From NCBI RefSeq assembly GCF_048593235.1, contig NC_133618.1, positions 257,449,882 to 257,513,881 of the forward strand: a stretch of DNA of 64,000 nt, given 5' to 3'. Positions 53,995-64,000 of the stretch are shown in pieces; positions within the stretch are counted from its first letter, which is position 1, and each line of letters begins with the position of its first letter. The stretch is from Sminthopsis crassicaudata. Lineage: Eukaryota. A model generated the notes under the pieces. It was not told the DNA's origin. It did not search any database and worked only from the letters and a program-made list of their open reading frames with translations. Position numbers and translations under genes: made by a program.

Positions 53995-55140
53995 ATGGTA
54001 TTTTATTTTTTCAAATACATACAAAGATAGTTTTCAACATTTCACCTTCACAAGACCTTGTGCTCCAAATTTTTCTCTCTCCCTTCCTTCCCCCTCCCCA
54101 AGACAGCAAGCAATATTATATAGGTTAAATGTGTGCAATTGTTCTAAATATATTTCCATATTCATCATGCTCTGCAAAAAAAAAAAAAATTTTTTTAAAT
54201 GGATCAAAAGGGAAAAAAATGAGAAAAAAAGAAAAGCAAACAACAATAAAAAGATAAAATACTACACTTTCATCCACATTCAGTCTTCTTAGTTCTCTCT
54301 CTGGATACTGATGGAATTTTATATCTTAAATCTGTTGGAATTGCCTTGAATCACCACATTGTTAAAAAGAGCCACCTCCAGCACAGTTGGTCATCACATA
54401 GTCTTCTTGTTATTGTGTTCAGTGTTCTCTTGGTTCTGCTCATTTCATTCATTAGGAATTCTTTTCTTCCCTTTCTGAAATCATCCTGCTGGTCATTTCT
54501 TACAGAACAGTACTATTCCATATCATTCATACACCGTAACTTATTCAGCCATTCCCCAATTGATGTGCATCCACTCAATTTCCAGTTCCTTGATACTACA
54601 AACAGGGCTGCCACAAACAGTTTTGCACATGTGGATTGATTTCCCTCTTTTATGATCTCTTTAGAATGCAGACTCAGTAAAGACACTGCTGGATCAAAGG
54701 GTTTGCATGATTTTATAACACTTTGGGCATAATTCCAAACTGCTTTAAGAATGATTGGTTCATTTCACAACTCCAACAACAATGTATCAGTGTCTCAGTT
54801 TTCCCACTTCACTTCCAATATTCATCATTATTTTTTCCTGTCATATTAACCAATCTGAGAGGTGTACCTCAGAATGAGTTAAACATTTTTTCATCTGACT
54901 AGACATGGCTTTAATTTCTTTACCTGAAAATTGACCATTTATCAATTGGGGAATGGCTTGTATTCTTATAAATTTGAGTCAATTCTCCATATATTTTATA
55001 AATAAGGCTTTTATCAGAAATGTTGACTGTAAACATTTTTTCCCAGCTTTCTGCTTCCCTTCTAATCTTGGCTGCATTGATTTTGTTTGTGCAAAAAAAA
55101 AAAAATTAAGTAATTTTGCATTTCATAATGTTCTCTAGTC
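53995..55140 (-). mobile_element. Older marsupial L1 3' fragment between CIMIP2A and STPG3
   Basis: ..TTCAGCCATTCCCCAATTGATG..TTCCAGTTCCTTG..AGGGCTGCCACAAAC.. (antisense L1 ORF2 end and 3'UTR). Confidence 0.8.
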
Positions 55141-56045
55141 AGAAGACTTATCTTAATTTCCTGTTTTTCCCCCATAATGTAGCCATGTACATATAACAAT
55201 AGACATTTGGTTCCTCGATCTGTTTAGGCTCCTTAAGTTTCTTCTGCCCTGCCCCTGTTTTGTAAGACATTGAATGAATTATTGCCTGTAGCAGAGATTC
55301 TTCTGGACCAATGAGGTATGTCTCATCACTATGATTCTGGGGTCCAAAGGAAAGCCTGGTGTGTATAAGGCCAGAAAAAAGGACAAAAGAGCAAGAGTCT
55401 TTCATTCAGAGACAGTCTCTGAACCAGTGAAATATATATTGGTCAAAATTATCTTTATGTCACAAAGGACAAAAAGAGAATTAGAAATATGTAATAGGCT
55501 AGATTGGGGTGTCATTAAGGGTGCCACTTAGTGATCCTCCCCCCAAAAAAAAGACCTCTCTTTTTGCTTTTCTCTCTCATCCTTTCCAATGACTCAGGTT
55601 ATTGAATCCTCCAGTCTTCTGGAGACCCTCCTGGGCACACATATCTCTAGAGAGAGAAAGAGGTGTTAACCCTGACCTAGAATTATTACTGTGAGCCAAG
55701 GAGTTTGGGGAGTCAGGAAGTCAGGACTGCAGGAAAAGAGCAGTGAATGAACAAGAAAACAACATAGAGAAAGAAAAAATAGATGAATATTAGGTCCAGA
55801 AAGAGGTGATAACTCATTATAAGGATCTTATTCACCCCCAACCATAGGATGATGAGCCTAGGAAATAAGCTATAATCTGTTAGGTAATTTTGGGATCCTA
55901 TAAGGCATTGTACTCCTGAATTAGAAAAACCTTAATGATGAGAGGACTAGCTCTGATTTAGCAAATACACACCCAAGTACCTGGATTTCAACCACCTTCT
56001 TCATCTCATTCTCTCCAGAACCAGGAGAACACCCTTCCCCCATTC

Positions 56046-56059
56046 TTCACCATGGCAAC
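56046..56059 (+). promoter_or_regulatory. Candidate RFX X-box upstream of STPG3
   Basis: TTCACCATGGCAAC, 12/14 to GTTRCCATGGYAAC, about 95 bp upstream of the ATG. Confidence 0.55.
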
Positions 56060-56117
56060 AACTAGAGGGTCCTTGTGATGTGACCATGATGTCTAGCCTG
56101 GAGAAAGTCTAGACTAG

Positions 56118-56267
<150 letters not shown>

Positions 56268-56705
56268 TAATTGGCCCCAGATTTGGGAGAAGATCGAGGT
56301 TCATTGGGAAGGTGATGAGGAATGGAAATGAGAGATATAAGGCTTTGAAGAATCAAAGATTAAAGGAGATTGAGAAAAAATGGGGTTCAGAAAAGAACTA
56401 TGATGGAAAAAGTGGGGGTATTGTATGGAATTCGGATGAAGATGGGGGGAATGGATATGAAATAAGGATTGTTGGGCCTAGAAATTAAATTATGGTTGGA
56501 GTTGGAAAAAAGTAAAGAGGATTGATATTAATACTGCACATTTATAAAGCATTTTAAGGGATGTGTGGTTAAAGAAGACATAGGGTCATGGATTGCTGGT
56601 CCCCAGGGAGGGAGTGGGATAGGGGAATGGAGCTTAGAAAGAGACTGGCAGAGTTATGGATGTTGAAATTCTGTTTTTGTATTATCTATCCTGTCCCTTG
56701 AACAG

Positions 56706-56872
56706 GAAGAAGTTGTCTGGGATCCATCAAGTCTTATCCACGCACCCCCACATAGAAAGATGGGAGTCTATGAAGCATCCATTGCCCCAGGATCTTCAAA
56801 AAATTCCTCTGGAGATAACCAGCCTGTTACAGGATCCACATCTTTGCCGGGTCAGGAATATAAAAGAATTCA
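56706..56872 (+). CDS. STPG3: STPG3 exon 2 (divergent)
   Basis: 167 nt, open, phase 2 to 1 bridges exons 1 and 3; acceptor aacAG, donor GTAAGT; low similarity to the human peptide I recall. Confidence 0.75.
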
Positions 56873-57150
56873 GTAAGTGCCGAGCTATGTGGAATGGAGG
56901 TGGGGTAGGAGGAATGGACAGCAGCCCTATCACCAGGTCCGACACTAGTTCAGTTCTAACAATGTGAGGGGGAGGTGCAAGGTATGCAATCTGAACAGTT
57001 CATCCATTAACCCAGAGGTCAAATTGGGAGGAGGGTAGCCCCAAGTACACAAACACATAATACACATATATGTATATAAAATATGTGTTTATATATAATA
57101 TATGTATATGTGTGTGCACTGGAAAGGGAGAGGGGGAGGAGCTCCTGTGA

Positions 57151-57444
<294 letters not shown>

Positions 57445-57928
57445 TGACATTATGGATAGGAAGAGAAAAAGAGCTTTATTCCAAATGTATCATCTGGTAA
57501 CTTCCAATCCAATCAAATAAGTAGCTTTCGAGTTCCTGTTTCTGCAAAGGTACTTTATTGAGCATTGTTAATACACAGATAAAATGAAGAATAAACCTCT
57601 AATCTCAAGAAAGGTTTCCCATAGGGGTGGTATATGAGTGAGCCTCAGGGGGAAAGCTAGAGATCTTTAGAAGAGGTGGTGAGGAGCAATTGTATTGGGA
57701 GTAATGAAGGCAATTTTTTTTTCCCCCAGGGAATAACCAGGGCCCAGAAATGGGAGATGGGATACCATGTTGAGTAGGCAGTCTAGTTTGGCTGGGATAG
57801 AGAGATTATAATGTGCAATGGGTCACTTAACTCTGATTGCCTCACCAAAAGAGAGAGACAGAGACAGAGAGACAGAGATAGAGAGAGAAACAGAGAGAAA
57901 TAGAGAAACAGACAAGAGACACACAGAG

Positions 57929-58063
57929 NNNNNNNNNNNNNNNNNNNNNNNNNNNNNNNNNNNNNNNNNNNNNNNNNNNNNNNNNNNNNNNNNNNNNNNN
58001 NNNNNNNNNNNNNNNNNNNNNNNNNNNNNNNNNNNNNNNNNNNNNNNNNNNNNNNNNNNNNNN
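57929..58063. other. Assembly gap (135 N) following a GA/AC simple repeat in STPG3 intron 3
   Basis: N run read directly; 57850-57928 is a GAGA/GACA repeat. Confidence 0.99.
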
Positions 58064-58837
58064 AGGATTGATGAAAATGCTAATTCTGGTTTAGAAAAAT
58101 AAGTTGGGGCCACGTTGTGCGAAGGGCTTTAAATTAGTTTGTATTTTAGAGAGGTCTAATGGTACCACCAAAGTTTATTGACCTGCAGAATGCACTGTGA
58201 GATGCATGATTTGGGAAGATTATTTGGCAGCTGGAAAGGAGAAGGGAAAGCCAGGATTCAATGAAAAGACTGCTACAGATCTGGACAAAAGAGAATGAGA
58301 ATCTACACTAGTCTAGTGACCCTAGGAGTAGAGAAAAGGAGAATGATTCAGGGGATGTTACCAGTGTAAAATCAACAACAGTCAGATAGGATATGGTGAT
58401 AAGGGATGGAAGGAAGATGGTGTCAAGGTTGTGAAACTGGGTGACGAGAAGCAAGTGCCCTTAAATTGTGCGGAGGAGTAGGTTCAAGCTGTAGAAACAA
58501 AATTCCATTTTTGAATATTTGAAATTTGATACTCCTATGAATCCTTGTGGAAATATATTAGACTAAATAAGGAGAAAGATTAGGATTGAATATATTCATT
58601 TGAAAATCTTCTGCAAAGGTTGATAACTGAACTCTGGAAATGGGTATGCAGGGAGAAGGGCAGAGTCTTTGGCTATGTCCATGCATAGAGAGTGGGCGAG
58701 ACTGTATTAAGAGTGGTCAACTAGGTTAGAGAACAATCAGTTAAGTGAAGTGGTAAACATCTGGAAGTGAGCAGGAATGAAAATAGTGGTTGACACTGAA
58801 AAACTGCAAACAGGTCAAGAAGGATGAGGGAGGACTA

Positions 58838-59012
58838 GGGCAGCTAGGTGGTGCAGTGGATAGAACACCAGCCCTGAAGTCAGGAGGACCTGAGTTCAAA
58901 TCCTGCCTCAGACACTTAACTCAGCCTGGCTGTGTGACCCTGGGAAAGTCACTTAACCTCAATTGCCTCAGCAGAAAAGAAGGAGAAGGAGAGAGAGAGG
59001 AAATAAAAATAG
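58838..59012 (+). mobile_element. Full-length WSINE1-type SINE with a GA-rich tail, in STPG3 intron 3
   Basis: GGGCAGCTAGGTGGTGCAGTGGATAGAACACCAGCCCTGAAGTCAGGAGGACCTGAGTTCAAATCC..; short TSD GAGGACT. Confidence 0.88.
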
Positions 59013-60112
59013 AAAGGATGAGGACTGATGACAATGCTAATTCTTGTTCATTGGTTGCCTTGGAGAGAATAGTTTTCTTTGGAGGGGTAGGCGAAGTTGG
59101 AAACCAGATTGCAAGAAGTAAGTGGGAGGAAAAAAGATGGAAGCAACAAGGGGAGATTACTTTTTTAGATATTTAGCTGTGAACTCCAGGAAAGAGACTA
59201 CAGAAATTTCCTTTTTCAACTTGAACTTTTGCTTGAACTAGTTACTAGTTAATAGTTGCTCTATAGAGGAGGAGGGCAGTGAGAGCAGGAAGAGGTGTTG
59301 CCCTTATTCCCTCCACTAGCACCAGCTGCCCATGACAGAATCGTGGGCATGTCTGATGAGGAAGAGCCTTGGGCAGCAGAGTGGCAAAAGAACAGGATCC
59401 GAGATGTGAAAGTTGGTGGGAATGGGAAAAAGCCAGAATTTTGCCCGACACCTCCGACCAGAGAGATGTGAGGGGGTGTGATAGGTGCGTGAAGGTGTGT
59501 AGAGGGTGACAGAAAGGCACAGATGCTGGCCCATTTGTGGTTTTCTCCCTCTCCCGGCCTATAGGAATAGCCCTCACATCTTGTTCTTGCTACTGGGTGG
59601 GAGCTTACTGTGATCACCCCCAGAACCAGGAGGACGCCCCCTCACTTCCTGCTTCTTCCAAAGTCCTCTAGTCCTGGCTCTCCCTTGAGTTGGACCTCCT
59701 TTGAGGAGGCCATGGGCCAAGTGGGCCCAAGACCTGCAGTGACTGAGAGTTTGGTCCCTCGGAGCCCTCCTTGGAGGAGGGGGCAGCTCCCTACACTCTC
59801 TCCCGTCCCTACCACTGTGCACAGGTACCTCTCTCTTTCCCTGTTCAAAGGTTTAGATTGTCCCTGCCCCTGTCCCTTCCTGGTCCCAGCATGGCTGAGC
59901 AGCAGCCAGGGTGGTGGGCCTGAGGGAAAGGAAAGGACCAGAGGAGCTAGGAATGTCCATTCTTCACCCTAGGCCCTTCACCTGCCACCACTTTCCAGCC
60001 CTCAGTGGGCCCCTTTTGGTCTTGCCTGCTTGCCCCCCACCCTGGTTACCACCCTCCTCCCTGCCTCCCTCCCCAGCCCCTGCCTCCTGCCTTCTCACTG
60101 GGATCTTCTTGA

Positions 60113-60682
<570 letters not shown>

Positions 60683-60752
60683 GTAAGTGCAGCCCCAGGC
60701 TGTCCCATGACCCCATCCAGCACCTCACCATCATTCTGGTCTGGGGTGGTAG

Positions 60753-61043
<291 letters not shown>

Positions 61044-61219
61044 TGAGTAATGAGCAGTCTGTGAATGAGAAGGGGAGGAGAGCTTTAGAGGCTAAGAAAC
61101 AGAATTGAAATCTTTGGGGGGCAATAAAGGGGAGTTGGGAAGACCTCTGAGGACCAAGCAGAGAGGGTTTCTGGGGCAGAAATAGGAGGCTGGAAATGGA
61201 GCTTTAAAGTTCTGTAGCG

Positions 61220-61410
61220 CAGGGGTTCTCAAACTACGGCCCGCGGGCCAGATGCGGCCCTCTGAGGACGGTTATACAGCCCGCCTGGTTATGGCAAATG
61301 GGCTGAGGGGCGGAGACAGAGTGTGAGCTTTTGTTTTTACTATAGTCCGGCCTCCAACAGTCTGAGGGACAGTGAACTGGCCCCCAATTTAAAAAGTTTG
61401 AGGGCCACTG
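61220..61410. mobile_element. 191-bp non-autonomous hAT/Charlie DNA transposon (MITE), resembling OposCharlie1 (OC1) non-autonomous elements
   Basis: TIRs CAGGGGTTCTCAAACT / AGTTTGAGGGCCACTG (13/16), subterminal palindrome GGCCCGCGGGCC, 8-bp flanks CTGTAGCG / CCATAGAG with central TA (degenerate TSD). Confidence 0.8.
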
Positions 61411-61593
61411 CCATAGAGGGAAAACTGGGGTCTCTAAGATTCACAAAGAAGCTGGAACTTAGGGAAGAATTAGGATTTCTGGAGATTGGGACCTGAGAAT
61501 GTAGAAAGAAGGTGTGTTGGGGCTAATCAGAGGGTGGCCAAGTTCAAAGTTGGGGGGTTGGGATTCTGGCATCAGTTCTCCTCCTCCTTATAG

Positions 61594-61727
61594 CTCATAC
61601 TCCAGGGCCAGCTGCATACTATGTCGAAGATTCCTACAACTCCCGATTCCCGTCAACCCCTGGAGTTCTCATCCAGGGGGAGCGCAGGCCTAAGCGACAT
61701 GAGACCGGGCCCTTCTGCACCCTCTAG
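61594..61727 (+). CDS. STPG3: STPG3 exon 7 (TPGPAAYYVED..RPKRHETGPFCTL*)
   Basis: Acceptor ctccttatAG, TAG at 61725-61727. Confidence 0.92.
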
Positions 61728-63639
61728 ACCCTGGAACCCCAGGGCCTTCAAAGAGCTCCTGAACCTGGATCCCCCAGTGGCCTGTACTATACATTAGAAC
61801 TTGGGACTCCCAGGGCCATGGGCTGCTCGATAGAACTCAAAGGTTACAAATTCTCCCTGGGTTTCTTCCGAACCTCTGAAACCAGAGGCCTCTGTGTCAG
61901 AGCCCCAGTCTTGTCCCCAGCCCAGGCTCCTTGCCTCTCTTGTTATACAGTTATACATTTTGTTTTTTCCTAGATTCTCTATTCCATTCATGGTTTCTAC
62001 TCCACACATAAACATTCAAAAGACATACGGCATTCAGAATAAGCAAAGTACATAAAAACGGTCCCAGAATTATGAGCAAGACTCACACAATTACAAATGT
62101 AATATAACAAATGTAATATAATACATGAGAACACAAAGGCCTGGGGGCTACTTCCTCTTCCCTCTCTCTCTCTCAGCTCTTTTGCTATTTCATTCTATCT
62201 CTACATTTGTTTTTCTCTCTGTCTTACTCTGCTTTGATCTGTTTCTAAAGCTGAGGGCAGCAGTCTTTCAGGGCTTCAGCCCCTCACGGAAGAGCAAAGC
62301 TGGGCAACTGCCCCAAGAGATGCTCTAGAACCAAGGGGAGATGATACAAAGGGGCAATGGGGCAGGCTTCAGCCAAAGCCAGCAGTCAACCCTCTCCACT
62401 GGGATGTGCTTTCTTTAGATGAGCTAGGTCCAGCCCAAAGCTAAGGTCTTTGTTTCCCTGTAGCAGATACTAGATCTTTTTTTATCTTTAAGAAATCATT
62501 CCCTCTCTCCCCTCATGTGATATGGAGTCCTTCCAGTTCAGGAGACAGGTTTCAGGGGAAGGTCAGTCAGTTTGAGCCTGGCCTCTGGGCATCCTTAAGT
62601 GCTATTTTTGGCTTGGCAAGACTTAAGAGTAATCTCCAGACCCCTGGGGGTCCTGGGATGGGTAAATGGGCTTGGGTTTGCCCAAAGTAAGGGGGAGACC
62701 TCTGGATGAAGGAGTTAGCTGGTAGAAGTTGTGAGCTTTGTGTATATGCATGTGTGAAGTTAGTGTGTATGCTGTTTGTGTTCAATATTTAGTAAAACTC
62801 ATGCCTATCCCCCCAAACTCTCCCTCAGGCATTATGGGATTGCGCTGTCCATAGCCCCATTTAACATTGGCCTAGCCCAGAAAGCTCTGAAATTGACCCA
62901 AAAGGCAGCAGGTTTACTTGGCGTAGTATTGGGTGTGGAAGCTTTGGTTTCTTCTAAGGAGTTGTTGGGGTTGGTCTGAGCCACAGGTCTGGTTGGGAGC
63001 CTGTTCTGTGGACAAGAGCCTCTACAGCCTCTGCAAGTCCTGGTTCTCCTTTCTCGGCCTTGATGGTCTGGTCCCTTGCCCACACTATGCTATCTGGCCC
63101 TGCCCGCCTCAGCTGGGGCTGCTGCTATGTGCTGGGAGCCGGAGTGTTCTGGTTTTGTTGGGATTGAGTAGGTGGCCGATTTTGAAAAGGTTTAGGAGAG
63201 AAGGCAGCGATCGTGTGACAGCTTGCCTCTTCTCAGGCCTGACCTCGCCTGTGGACATGTTCTATCCCAGAGTGGGTTATGTCAGTCCCCTCTCAATTCC
63301 CAGGATGATGGGGACGGACTCGATCCCCTCCCACCCTGCATGGTGCCTGCAGGGGCCGTGACCACCACATTCATGCTCCAAGGGAAAAAAGGCAAAGTGG
63401 ACATAACTGGGAGAAATGACATCAAATTTTAAACATGAACTAATCTTTGCCATTTTGGTTTGAACAAGTTATCCTCAGTGAAACCATGACAATGTGTTCT
63501 GTACATATCAACTGAGGGGTAAATGGGAGTCAGTTGCATCATCTATAAAACAGGGAGGAACCTTTCAGAGGCTCAAAATTCTTTATTTGGGGTAATGTGT
63601 ATCCCCTGATAAGTGGTGCTTATAGTGATCATTGCATCA

Positions 63640-63810
63640 TAGATTTTGAGCCAGAAGGAACCTCAGACCATGCAGTCCAATCATTTTACCAAAAAGAAAA
63701 CAGGCTCAGAGAGATGGTGATTTCAATTACTATTCAAGCAGAAGAACTGGGATTTGAGCTCAGCTTGTCAGACACCAGATCCAACATTCTTAACTCCAGA
63801 TAAGTGCTTG
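63640..63810 (-). mobile_element. MIR/MIR3 SINE
   Basis: GAAGGAACCTCAGACC..TCATTTTAC..AAACAGGCTCAGAGAG..CTGGGATTTGAGCTCAG. Confidence 0.65.
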
Positions 63811-64000
63811 AGGTTCAAGGAGTGGTCCTAGAGTTAGAAAAGAGTGATCCTATTCCCCACACCACTGTTTTAAAAGAACCTTGTCTTCTGATTAACTCTA
63901 CAATGCTATAGAACTCTTAGGACATCATCTACTCTTACTGTGGGAAAGGTCATCTAGTTCAATCCCCTGCATGAGGAAGAACTCCCCTCTCCAATCCCCA

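Noticed and set aside
58064-59050. 28-bp similarity between 58064-58091 and about 59021-59048
   Set aside because: Short, next to an assembly gap and within L2-like sequence; cannot distinguish duplication from repeat homology.
59664-59824. Possible extra STPG3 exon within ORF 59610-59972
   Set aside because: 161 nt, frame-breaking, with an immediate stop in the STPG3 phase.
61800-64000. Searched for the start of NELFB; ORF 62933-63361 (142 aa)
   Set aside because: No CpG island or recognisable peptide; looks intergenic with MIR fragments.

Overview
Eukaryotic (mammalian) genomic DNA. Its WSINE1-type SINEs, MAR1/MIR/L2/L3 repeats, marsupial L1 3' ends and an OC1-like hAT MITE point to an Australian marsupial, probably a dasyurid; that assignment is inference. 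Five protein-coding genes were rebuilt exon by exon. Every junction is GT-AG, every phase matches, and the gene order is the one I recall for human 9q34.3: RNF224 (+, 2622-3095), SLC34A3/NaPi-IIc (+, 12 coding exons, 7234-28175, 620 aa), TUBB4B (+, 4 exons, 44444-47222, 445 aa), CIMIP2A/FAM166A (-, 7 exons, 52966-47375, 323 aa) and STPG3 (+, 7 exons, 56154-61727, 289 aa). The rest is mostly retrotransposon debris, two near-perfect tandem duplications, microsatellites and one 135-bp N gap. I found no prokaryotic system, CRISPR array, tRNA or rRNA gene, and I cannot claim a wholly new biological system. The most striking structure is a tail-to-tail interlock between TUBB4B and the microtubule-inner-protein gene CIMIP2A. 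The CIMIP2A stop codon lies inside the TUBB4B ATTAAA poly(A) signal, its last codons form the antisense of the TUBB4B cleavage and GU-rich elements, and its own AATAAA sits in the TUBB4B 3'UTR. Other leads are a longer four-cysteine extracellular-loop exon in NaPi-IIc, RFX X-box candidates at the divergent CIMIP2A/STPG3 promoters, an OC1-like MITE and two convergent CR1/L3 elements in SLC34A3 intron 11. Comparisons with human and mouse proteins are from memory and need confirming by alignment.
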